NCBI RefSeq assembly: GCF_964355755.1
Contig: NC_092672.1
Coordinates: 6,882,001 to 6,946,000, forward strand
DNA length: 64,000 bases
Direction: 5' to 3'
From: Antedon mediterranea
Taxonomy: Eukaryota > Animalia > Echinodermata
The position numbers and the translations under genes are program-made. Below, piece after piece: positions 39,601-50,600 of this stretch. Every line of letters begins with the position of its first letter. The first letter of the stretch is position 1. The notes beneath the pieces are model-generated. The model saw only the letters and a list, made by a program, of their open reading frames with translations. It was not told where the DNA came from and searched no databases.

Positions 39601-42600
39601 TTAGTCTGCAAGTCGGCTTGTTTACAAAATTTTCCTTATGGTCTTTCAGGGTTATAAAGGCATTACGTCTTCCAGTTGTTTCTATCCTGTCATCTAGCTG
39701 TATTTCTTAATCTCGTCTTTGGTTATACTATTTACAGAATCCGCCGGTGCTTTTTTGTATGTTTTCGTTATATTCTTTTGCAATAAGTCGTTATAATCAT
39801 TCGCGTCCATGCGGTAGAAGTTGTTTGATTTGTCTGCAGGTATAATTAGTTTGCTGTCCTGCTTTATCTTTCTCGCGTCTCTCTCTAGGTTTTTCTGAAA
39901 CGGGCATTTATTATCTTCAAACTTGATATTCTGTACTAAATTAAGCATTTTATCTTCAAATTCTCTAAGTTCTTGTACTGGAGGCGGGTTTCTTGAGGTC
40001 TTGAATTTAAACGTTTCTTTGGCGGATGTCGATACTGCTGGATTTAGGTAATGGAAGGCCTTCCATCGCATACGATTTAAAAACAGTTCTACCTTCTCGA
40101 TCATAAACTTCATGTATTCATTTGGTTGAGCCGTCGGTATGTTCTTAGTGGAATAACCAAGGTCGATACGTTCCATGTTGATCTGAACAGTGCTCAACAA
40201 AAGTAGGAGCAAAATATAAATCGTGGTGAATTTAACGCAGACCATGAAAGCGAAAGTGCTCGATACAAAATGTAGAGCCAAATATAAATAAATGAAAGAC
40301 GCTAGTAAATTACCAACTGAACATTTTATTGCACTACAGGCTGTTTCATGAGTATGAACTCAATCTTCAGGTGCTTGGCTCTGAATGATAGTCACAAGTG
40401 AATACAAAAAGCTATAATGAAGTCTTAAGGCAAACTGTTTATGTGAACAATAGTATGCTAATTAGCAAGTACAACACATCTCTATTTCCTGGACAGTCTA
40501 TTGTTAACCAAATTCTTATTATCTAAATTACTGATACTTTAGTAGAAACTTTCTCCTATGTCTACATGCACTGACTAATTCGTTCCTATGGTTAAGTGAG
40601 CTGGTTTCAGGCTTGCATATAATATAATACTTCTCTTGTAAGCATAGATTACACCGTTTGTTAACATTTGAATATGGTTTACACTTCTTTATTATTCGCC
40701 ATTTAATGTTATACTTTATGTTATCATCTTTTAGCTTCCAGAATATATATAAACACAAGAGGCAAAGAACATTAATTCTAAACCGCCCGGTGATATACTG
40801 AAATTTAATTAATTAATTTGAAACGATAAAGATGAGGAAATCTGTGAGAATGAGAAAAAGTCGCCCCAACCGAGACTCGAACTCGGACCGCCTGCTTGAT
40901 ATGCAGATGTCCTAACCATTAGACCACTGGGGCTTTCATGGTATTGTTCGAACTCGATTGGATAACGACTCTTTAACATTCTCGGCGTGGTACGGCGGAA
41001 CAGCACTAGTCCTCAGTTGTACGCACGCGCAACAGAGATCATATTGATACGCCCTCATCTTTCAGTATTTTTATTCACAAGGCGGGATCTCCGAAGAGAT
41101 ACTTTTATATATATAAACACAAGAGGCAAAGAACATTAATTCTAAACCGCCCGGTGATATACTGAAATTTAATTAATTAATTTGAAACGATAAAGATGAG
41201 GAAATCTGTGAGAATGAGAAAAAGTCGCCCCAACCGAGACTCGAACTCGGACCGCCTGCTTGATATGCAGATGTCCTAACCATTAGACCACTGGGGCTTT
41301 CATGGTATTGTTCGAACTCGATTGGATAACGACTCTTTAACATTCTCGGCGTGGTACGGCGGAACAGCACTAGTCCTCAGTTGTACGCACGCGCAACAGA
41401 GATCATATTGATACGCCCTCATCTTTCAGTATTTTTATTCACGAGGCGGGATCTCCGAAGAGATACTTTTATATATATAAACACAAGAGGCAAAGAACAT
41501 TAATTCTAAACCGCCCGGTGATATACTGAAATTTAATTAATTAATTTGAAACGATAAAGATGAGGAAATCTGTGAGAATGAGAAAAAGTCGCCCCAACCG
41601 AGACTCGAACTCGGACCGCCTGCTTGATATGCAGATGTCCTAACCATTAGACCACTGGGGCTTTCATGGTATTGTTCGAACTCGATTGGATAACGACTCT
41701 TTAACATTCTCGGCGTGGTACGGCGGAACAGCACTAGTCCTCAGTTGTACGCACGCGCAACAGAGATCATATTGATACGCCTTCATCTTTATATATATAT
41801 ACCACCGGCACACTACCACACAGGGCAGGGTCTGGGTGGGTGGGAAATAATATACAAATTGAATTGCGTCGTCTTCCATTTCAGGTGTGAATGTATAGAA
41901 ATCTAGCGTGCCACCGTAATTATTTTCCCTTAAAGACAGACATTAGGAATATGCATGTACATAACTGTGATGATTAATCATCTGAATGCGTTTCCATAAG
42001 AAAAAACAAAACAATACAAAAATAACTTACCATATTATACTTTCCCGATAATTTAAGGGTGTGTGTGAAGTCATTCTATAAGAAATTAACTAAATATAAT
42101 AATATAGTTTATAAAGGATATGTAACTCTTTTAAGGTCAAATTTATCTATTTACAATGGTCCTAAAAAGATATATAATATTTCGGTAATTTAATAATTTG
42201 ATGAGTAATTTAAAAGAAAAGCATATTTTTAAATTACATAATTATTAATTTGCTAACTGAATATAAAGAAATAGTAAGGTGCATGAAGTTTTGGAGTACT
42301 TTAAGATTTGTTTGTGTTTTGTTTTTACATAAAAGTAGGAGTAGGAGTAAATACTTTATTTACATCTTTATTGCACAATATTTTCGTGTTTATTTAATAT
42401 AACTAGGCCGTCAATGCATTAGATACATGTTTTTATATTTTAGGAAAAAAACAATTACTTTTGTAAAAGCATACCAGTTCTACAACTTCAAACGTTCCAA
42501 AGGTAACCAAAATCATAAGTGTTGTATTCGGATTAAGTACTGGCCGTGTAACAGGAGGTTGAGGGTAAGTTTCAGAAATATTTTTCATAAGCAGGGCCTC

Positions 42601-42887
42601 CATATTTGGATTCACTATCGGCTTAGCATCAGAGCTTACTAAAGATAGAAAGGCATTGCACATTGTTAGAAAACTACGCAAAATTCTACGACGGTAGTAC
42701 ACCATAAATAATATATTTTGCACAATCCATGTTTTATAATATAAGCACAAAATAGAACATTTTTCATTTCTGAGTACTGCCATGTACGTTATGATGCAGT
42801 AGATGTAAAGAGATGTTTAACAAATGTGGGGAAAAGAAGGTACTTACCAGTAGATAATGCTAGAATCAGTATTAATAGCAAAGACAT
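33649..42887 (-). CDS. Gene C: highly divergent nAChR-like (non-alpha) Cys-loop receptor subunit, about 510 aa, 6 exons
   Basis: Exons 42848-42887 ([13 protein letters not shown]), 42475-42638 (..VTRPVLNPN..), 42031-42075, 35120-35226 ([14 protein letters not shown]), 34439-34950 (Cys loop [16 protein letters not shown]1-M2) and 33649-34313 (M3, repeat-rich loop, M4). All are GT-AG and in frame, with no internal stop. Confidence 0.85.
35613..36676. mobile_element. Non-autonomous Mutator-like DNA transposon, copy 2 (opposite orientation), in gene C intron 3
   Basis: Same TIRs and body as 28821-29880. Perfect 10-bp TSD aaggaacgga. Confidence 0.9.
37612..37655 (+). ncRNA. Minimal type I hammerhead ribozyme in Penelope pLTR
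   Basis: gcac-CTGAAGA-t-tgagt(tcat)actca-t-GAAA-cagcct-GTA-gtgc: core boxes, stem I gcac/gtgc, stem II hairpin, short stem III, GUA cleavage triplet. Confidence 0.85.
37890..37933 (-). ncRNA. Minimal type I hammerhead ribozyme (pLTR copy 2)
   Basis: Exact reverse complement of 37612-37655. Confidence 0.85.
38087..40281 (-). CDS. Penelope-like RT/GIY-YIG polyprotein (single frameshift near 39700)
   Basis: ORFs 39694-40281 and 38087-39490 are joined by a shifted frame reading [44 protein letters not shown]. Confidence 0.88.
40331..40374 (-). ncRNA. Minimal type I hammerhead ribozyme (pLTR copy 3)
   Basis: Exact reverse complement of 37612-37655. Confidence 0.85.
40862..40933 (-). tRNA. tRNA-like gene, anticodon ATC (Asp-type); possibly repeat-derived
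   Basis: 72-nt cloverleaf: acceptor gccccag/ttggggc, D arm gtct..ggac, anticodon stem tctgc/gcagg with loop atATCaa, T arm ccgag-ttcgagt-ctcgg. Followed by TTTTT. Confidence 0.55.
41226..41297 (-). tRNA. tRNA-like gene copy 2 (ATC)
   Basis: Identical to 40862-40933. Confidence 0.55.
41590..41661 (-). tRNA. tRNA-like gene copy 3 (ATC)
   Basis: Identical to 40862-40933. Confidence 0.55.
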
Positions 42888-43829
42888 TGTTCACTGAAAA
42901 AAGAACAACGTTCGACAATGAAATTTAAATTGTGATTTAAGTTATTGAAACACTAGGTTTGAATAATTATCAAGACCATCTGATATACAAAAAGGTGATT
43001 TAATTTGTTAGGCAATACATTACTGTATGTACTACCGGTACCTAATGACGAGTGGTTTAATTACTATTGCATCGGATAAGTGAAAAATGTGACGCTAATT
43101 CTGCTATCCGATTCTTAGTGCTGTATCTCCACATACTGTACGACAATATTTGCCCAGTATAATTTCGTAATACAGCTGTGCATAACAATCATGTTGTGCC
43201 TGTATCATGTAAGAGGTTAGGTTAAGGGTTTAGGCCTAAAGTCTATGATACTAGAATATATAGATGAATGAAATTCGAAATAAAACCAGGTGAGGAATTA
43301 TGAAGGGATTTTAGGATAAAAATCGATTATGTGTAATAAAAAGCCAGTGAAGGTTTCTAATCACGGATGTGATATGTTCCTTAACCGGGCAGAGATTGAT
43401 TAAACGGGCAGAAGCATTTTGGAACACCCTGCAGTTTGTAAAATCCTTAACAGGCCAACCATAAAGCAATGAGAGTTACAACAATCTAGCCGAGATGAAA
43501 GCTTAAAGAAGCACAGTTGATAAAGGCACTAGGCCTGCGGGTAGCATTATTTTTTCCCCATTAGGTTAAGGCAGAAACTATAGAGGGCATACATATATAT
43601 CATGAATATTCATGATGCATGCCTGAGCTCATGACGTCATACTTGCAAAACCCACGTAACGTGCATAATCGGACTGGAGTTACTGTACTATTTTTCTCTC
43701 CATGTTGTTGTTAAAACAAAAGACCTGCAATTGTTGACGTTTTGTAAAAATAATTCATATAACTTTAAAAACATTAAACCAGGCCATTTCTTGTCTTATA
43801 TATCAAAAAGTGCTTTTACAATGCCTATT

Positions 43830-45190
43830 TTTTTATGTACTGGATGGTGAGACTCAAAGTTAAGGTATTGGTCCATATGAGTGGGTTTTCTATATACGAC
43901 TCACGAGTAGTTTTAGTTGCCCGACAATAAGAGAATCAAGGAACGGTATTTGGTTTTCATAGGTGAACTTGATAGTAGAAGATTCACTATCTCTCATAGC
44001 ATCTAGACTAAAAGAAGATAGTGATTTGAAAAATAGAACTCTATTGAACATCGATGACATTATACAGTTATTAAAGTTCATTTTAACTACCACTTATTTC
44101 ACATTCAGAGGTATTATCTACAAACACAAATTCGGAGCAGCCATGGATGGGAAACCAATTAGTCTCCCCTATATTTAGAGTTCCTAGAACAAAAAGCTAT
44201 TGCCACTACACCAATTGAATGTAAAGCTCGTCTCTGGAAACGATATGTAGATGACATCCTAACTAAACATCTAAATTCATCTGAACCAGCTGGTACTATC
44301 AAGTTCACTTATGAAAAAGAAAAAGACAACCAAATACCGTTCCTTGACTCTTATTGTCCGGCAATCTGATAAATCTGTAAAACTACTCGTATATAGAAAA
44401 CCCACTCATACGGCCCAATATCTTTATTTTCAGTCTCATGCATTGTAATAACACTTTTTGACCGTATGAACTCCATCAGACGAAGATAAACAGAAGAGGG
44501 TAACATTAAATCAGCACAGATGCGGATATCTTAGTTGGTCGTTCAAACAAGCAAAACAACAAATAGAAGTAAAACAAAAAGAAACATTCAAGAAGAAACT
44601 TAACATCACAGATAACAAAAATTGTGTTGTCATAGGCCTACCTTATGTTGCAGGTCTATCTGACCGAGTTAGTAAAGTGTTTAAAGAGTGTGGCATTAAC
44701 ACCGCCACGAAACCTCATTATTCACTTCGACAAATACTTGTCCACCTCAAAAATCGGATTGATAAGACTAAAGTAGGTAACTGCATATATAAAATTTCTT
44801 GCACAAATTGCGAACACACTTACATAGGTCAGTCGATGCGTTGGTATAAGATTAAAAGAACACAAAAAAGAAACGGAAAAGGTAACACAACAGATACAGA
44901 ATTGCACTCGTCAAAACCGCAGAGAATCGGAGTATATCAGCCTTAGCAGATCATGCAGTCCACTCCAATAATGTAATAAACTGGACTTCACATAAAATTA
45001 TTGACAGAGAATCGGACACCTATAGCAGACGCATAAAAGAGGAAATTTGGACAAAACACCATCAATCGAGACGAAGGCGCACACCAACTGAGAGTCACAT
45101 TATAATATGACCCTAATAAGACAGACCTGGCCCTCTAGAGTTCAGTCCGTCTAATTACAGGTACAGTAGTCATTCTCCTGAAGAACAACT
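43830..45190 (+). mobile_element. Decayed Penelope-like element with an inverted 5' fragment (43830-43985, minus strand)
   Basis: Frameshifted remnants TTYFTFRG..FGAAM, WKRYVDD, IPFLD, YRKPTH, CIYKISCTNCEHTYIGQ. The IKFTYE/IPFLD/YRKPTH segment also occurs in reverse orientation at the left end. Confidence 0.85.
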
Positions 45191-45741
45191 TATCTAATCT
45201 CTCGTTATGTATATAAGCATATTATGTGTTTACCTCACCCTCCCTTTATTAGAAACAGACGTAAACACGTGCTTCCATTGTCATACATGTGAGTATAATG
45301 ATACAAGGCAACTAAATACGTATAATCATCATAATAAAGGTATTTTATTCAGTTCACTTCACATTTGATCATATAAAATAATGTTTACTTTTTAAAAATC
45401 AGCCGCGGTATGATCAATCCAACTTTACTTTTGCTAACTAAAATGTATGGATACTTAATTGAAAGGTTTTATTAGTAAGAACAGCCACAATATAAGAAAT
45501 CTCTGGTCCATAGAAAGTAAATTTACGTATAAATTAACAAAAATAAATTGTACTGAAAGTATTTTTTTTTTCGATTTTGGAGATCTTTTTTTTATTACTG
45601 TTTATTGGTTTCTTGTCATTTTTATACAATATGGCAAAATAAATTAAATTAAACAAAAGAGATCAGCTATGAATAGCCATTTTATAAAAAAACATGTTAA
45701 GAAATCTAATACATATAAAACAGAACAGGAAAGGAAAATTT

Positions 45742-46060
45742 ATTCTAAACCGCCTCGTGATATACTGAAGTTTAATTAATTTGAAACGATAAGATGAGGA
45801 AATCTCCAATCGAGTTTGAAAGATACCATGAAAGCCCCAGTGGTTTAATTGTTAGGGCATCGGAAGGTTCCGGGTTCGAATCTCGGTTGAGGCGACTTTT
45901 TCTCATTCTCACAGATTTCCTAATCTTTTCATCGTTTCAAATTAATTAATTAAATTTCAGTATATCACCGGGCGGTTTGGAATGTATTCGGTGCCTGTGA
46001 TGTTTATAACTATATATAAATAACTATTCGGCTATCCCGCTTCGTAAATAAAATACTGAA
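45742..46060 (+). repeat. Diverged dispersed copy of the tRNA-containing 364-bp family, with an inverted duplication of its end
   Basis: ccatgaaagccccagtgg..ggttcgaatctcggttgaggcgacttttt, with the anticodon arm deleted. Flanked by inverted aaaccgcc..gtgatatactgaa arms. Confidence 0.8.
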
Positions 46061-47234
46061 TATAGCCCAACCTCTCTTCGAAATCGGATCGGACTCTCAG
46101 AGAATGAAGTCATTCACCGAAAACGGATTCCGGAGGAGTAGACTCATGAGCATTGCAGTTGACCTTTGACATTGCCATAATAAATGAACTCTTTAATTAC
46201 TCTCTTTGCAGAAGTGGTTGAAAGGTAGTAGTTTATTTTATTTGAAATGAGGTAACAAGTATACCTCTTACTGCCATCTTGTTGACATAGGCTATATATA
46301 AAATGGTCGCCGCTCAATAAAATCTTATCGTCAAGCGGAATGATTGGAAAAGACATAATACGCAAAGATTTTATTAGACTCAAGCACACATCATAAAGCA
46401 TGACTTGTGTGCGACTCGGTTAATACGGTACATACATACTGCCGTCTCGTTGACATGACATGGAAAAGACAATACCCAAAGATTTTTCAAAAGCGCTCAT
46501 AAATATATTTATTAATTGTACAAGTTTAAATATTTGATCTCTGGCTGCCATAAAAAGCATGACTTGTGTCAACCTCCTTCCCCCACCTCAGTTAAACCAA
46601 TACACTTCTTGTTGCCGTATTTTGACATATTATACTGCATTTAAAAGGGTTGCCGCTTAATAAAATCGATAATCTCATCTTATCTTCAAGTGGAATACAT
46701 GGAAAGGTCACAGTACATAAGTATTGTTATAGTCTCAAGAGCGCTCATATACTACACAGCCATTGTACTAGTGTAAAGATAATAAAATTTAAGGGTTCGA
46801 AACGGAAACGTTTTAGAAGTCACCGAACCCACAAAAAAAAAAAAAAATTAAAAAGTAAATATAGAAATAAGAATGGCAACCACACCTTATATTCATTTAA
46901 AATAAAAATGTTCCTGCCTACGCATTTTGTTTTTTTTTATATTATTAGGTCAGTTTGTGATGGTTGTGAGCATCTTATTGATCCACAGCCTTAAAACTCA
47001 TTTTATTGGGAATTACACATACAAATAAAGTATCTATTTAAACATATCTCCTTTTCTAAATATACGTTTTTTTAAATTTCCCATTTCAATGCGGTTTTTA
47101 AAATAACATCTTTTATGATTTAGAATTTTTTTTTCTAGGTCTTCGATAGATCGTCTCAGTTTTACCCTCATTTTGGCAGACAGTCGTTCAACTGCGAATA
47201 AATAGTCACTAAGCTTTAGAAAAGGAATAGAAAT

Positions 47235-47406
47235 ACTGATAGATGAGGGCGTATCAATTTGATCTCTGGTGCGCGAGCGTTCAATTAAGTGACTAATGCT
47301 ATTCTGCTGTATACCACGCCGAGAATGTTAAAGAGTCGCTCGAGTTTGAACTATACAATGAAAGCCCCACGGTTGTCTAATGGTTAGGACATCTTCATAT
47401 CAAGCA
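47235..47406 (+). repeat. Truncated copy of the tRNA-containing repeat family
   Basis: gatgagggcgtatcaat..ccacgccgagaatgttaaagagtcg..ctaatggttaggacatcttcatatcaagca matches the 364-bp unit. Confidence 0.8.
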
Positions 47407-47656
47407 TATCAAGAAATATTTTTTAAAACAGATAGGTACAGGCCTAATAACTGTCTAATTGAGTTGTTATAGCATCAACATGTTAGCCTTGACATCCTCT
47501 ACTTCTTCCAGTCAAAGTTCAATAATAATTATGCATTTACGCCCTCTACGGCAAATGGAACTAAGTCCATCACATCGAATAATGGTACAAACTTAGCAGG
47601 TTCGAAAAAAAAAAAGGAATGCACCAGCAACGCGTGCGGAGTTTAATCATCAAAAG

Positions 47657-50600
47657 GCCCACCACAATAAAGACGACCGGACACGTAGGACTCAAGTAGA
47701 ATAAGATCTTTATTCGTTAAAACCAAATATCATAATAACATAACAACCAGCGGCCATAGAGCAGAGGGTCAACGCAGCTAGGGGCGCTAGACTGGCGTAA
47801 TCATTTTTTTCTCTTTTCAAAAACACAAAAGTTAACAAAAGAAAAGAAAGCAAAGCAAAATCACTCAAAATTCCGAGGGCAAGCATGGGAAACCTAAAAT
47901 ATATAATATGTATAATACGTTATAAATCAAGAACATAGTCATACTAGGAAGTCTGGGTGAACGTGTGGATGTGCGATGAGACGACTGTGCTGGAACTTCC
48001 ATTGGTGATTCTGCCGAGTTCTGTATGAAAGGTGGCTTGTCGTTCACCTCATTAGGAGAGGCTGAAAGTGTTGACGGTACATCGGGTGAAGGAAATGGAG
48101 ACGGATCAATTGTGAAATCAGGCTCCTCATCAGAGGTGTCGCAGTGGCGTTGTGAGGCTGGTGTGGGAGGATGGTGAACGTCAGTCGGTAAAGTAAAACA
48201 CTCTGATTTCTTTACACGATAAGTAGCGCTTCTCAATTGTGAGTGCGTAAACCTTCGGGCGTTGCACCACTTTCCATCTACAGAAACAACGAGATAGCGA
48301 TCTCGTGCACAGGTCTTGCGACGATCTGTCCACAGGTAGACTAAATCACCAACCGTAATAGAAACGTCAGGTGCTGCACACGCGACGGGTGCCTTAGAAT
48401 TTTTACTGTGGGCGTGATTAGAGGCTCTGGGGTGCTGTTGGCTGATAATCAACTTGCGGTCAGAAATAGGGATTTGGTCATGAGTGAACTGATCCCGCTG
48501 TGTCCACATTTCTCGAGACGACAATCCTTGAGTTCGGATACGGGAGTTAAGACGTGATGTGGCAACAGCAAGCACTGTTGGTTAGATGGGACCGCCACCA
48601 GGCTCTTGCCGAGTAATTCTGCTAATTCATTCATTCATTCATGCTTATCGCCTGACTTTATTTACTTTAGGCCTCTGGCCCCTAGTAATTAACAAAATAA
48701 TAATTACATTGAAAATTAAAGCAATTTATGGTCACAAGATAAATGAATTAATTAATTTCGTTCTCTAAGCAAAACATATATCTTAACTTATAAGCATGAT
48801 AAATATATTTAGATAGATTATCAATAATTATTGGATCCTGTGATGACATTAAACGGCAGAATTTAAAAGTATTTGAATTCGCGTACAGCTTTCTCTCCAA
48901 CCGGGTTTTTTGTTGGTCTGGACACTCGGAGTGGATGGCTAGCCAAGCTGGCCGACTGGTAAACGGGAGTTTGGGGTCTCCAGTAATGAAATCACATATC
49001 GATGAACGTAGTACCGTTGACTCTATCGCGCCGTTGACGAATTAGCAAACTTGACAGTTGTCAACTGAGCAGGGTGGAGCGTTACGACTAGCAAAGTTGG
49101 ATGGAACGTTGGCTGAGCCTGCCAAGTGCTGAATACCTGCTAGCAGTGGACAGGAAGGTGGACACACGGGGACTGACTGAGAATTCTCCCTGCATAGCTT
49201 TTCGAGCGCTTGAACGCATGGCTTACTGTTAGTTAGGACACGTGTGTTATGTCGAGACTGAATAATAAAAGGGCTAAAATGTTTAACAGCTGCCGCGATA
49301 GCCAAAGCTTCGATCTCGCAGGGTAGCCATGCTACCTGACGTGCACGGAGTTTGACACTAAAAAAACCGGCTAACTGTAGTTCATTCACGAGTAACGTAT
49401 AAGATTGCGCCTAGACCATGACTTTTAACAGCACCATCCGTAATGATCCACAGTTGGTCATCGGGATGAGGTAAAACTATGACTTTGTGTGAGTCAAGTG
49501 CGTTCTGTGCTATTGCAAATGCTTCGTGTAAGGCATCGTACCAATGTATTGTATCTTTGGACTGTAAGCCAGCTATGGCTTCTTTCAGTGGAGCGATGAA
49601 AGATGGGCTATGAGGCAAAACGCGTGCTAACACCCTGATAAAGGAGCGTAAACCTCTTACCGTCGGTGGTGGAGTGCATGCCTTTAACGTTGAAATACGA
49701 TGAGTATTTGCGCGAATAGACCTTAGGGACCAGGTCCACCCACCCAAGAATGGTTGTGGTTCGTGGACAAATCACCGTTTTGCTAGCAGACAATCGCAGA
49801 CCACACTTGTAAATGCATTGGAGTAGACGCCGCCAATTGTAAATTAACTCCTCAAAACTGTCCCCTCCACAATAAAGGTCACCCGCAAGCTTTGCTACTA
49901 CTCCCTCCTTAATCAAATCCCCCAGTACCCGACAAGTCAGCTTTTCGAGGGCGGTCTCTGAACCAGGCATACCCATGGCACACCGGACATAAATTCTGAC
50001 ACCTCGAAATGGTGTGGCAACGCCGCAGTACTTCATAGAACCGCGAGACAAAGGAATCTGGTAAAAGGCCTTTGTGAGGTCAGTAGTAATTAAGTGCTTC
50101 CATTTTGCGATATTACGTAGAACGGAGTTGACATCCGGCATAAGGGAGGGTTGGGGTCTCGCATATTGTCCGACCTCGGCGAATGCTGTAACCAGACGGT
50201 AGCCACCACTCTCTTTTTGACAAGGAAAGATGGGTTAAAATATTCGACTTGGACACCGACGTCCTCGGGGCGAACAAATACTTCGTCAAGCTCATCAAAT
50301 TTGTCCTGTAGCTCAACTAGTTTATCTCTGGAGTATATACTGAGGAATTCGACCCTTCCTCTGAAAAGGCTGTACAGGTCCCATGTTAACAACAGCCTGG
50401 AATGGGCCAACATAGCCGTAATCATAGGATCGAAAAAAACATCGTATTCAGTAAGAATGGATTGGAATTGGGATTTAACATTGTGGGAGGATATGGCCTA
50501 GATCTAGCTTGATATAATCTGAAAACGCGACAGAGGAAGAAGGCTTACAGGGCTTAGGTGGTGACTTTTGGGGAATAGCGTTTTTGTCCGATAATGGCAC

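Larger units (their letters stand above)
37204..40742 (-). mobile_element. Penelope-like retroelement (RT + GIY-YIG endonuclease), nearly intact, with direct pLTR repeats and an inverted terminal copy; lies in intron 3 of gene C
   Basis: The ORF 40281-38087 is broken by one frameshift near 39700. RT motifs [21 protein letters not shown]; endonuclease VVY..YVG. The ~530-570 bp 3' segment is repeated directly at 40214-40742 and inverted at 37204-37772. Junctions fall in (TA)n. Confidence 0.95.
40743..41790 (-). repeat. 364-bp tandem repeat, about 2.9 near-identical copies, each containing a tRNA-like gene
   Basis: aaacacaagagg recurs at 40751, 41115 and 41479. Units are separated by (TA)n. Confidence 0.95.

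Noticed and set aside
40862-40933. Possible selenocysteine or suppressor tRNA (TCA occurs in the loop)
   Set aside because: The 7-nt loop centres on ATC, and there is no long variable arm or extended acceptor stem.
40809-41734. Three identical 65-aa ORFs
   Set aside because: They run through the tRNA-like sequence of the 364-bp repeat and show no protein features.
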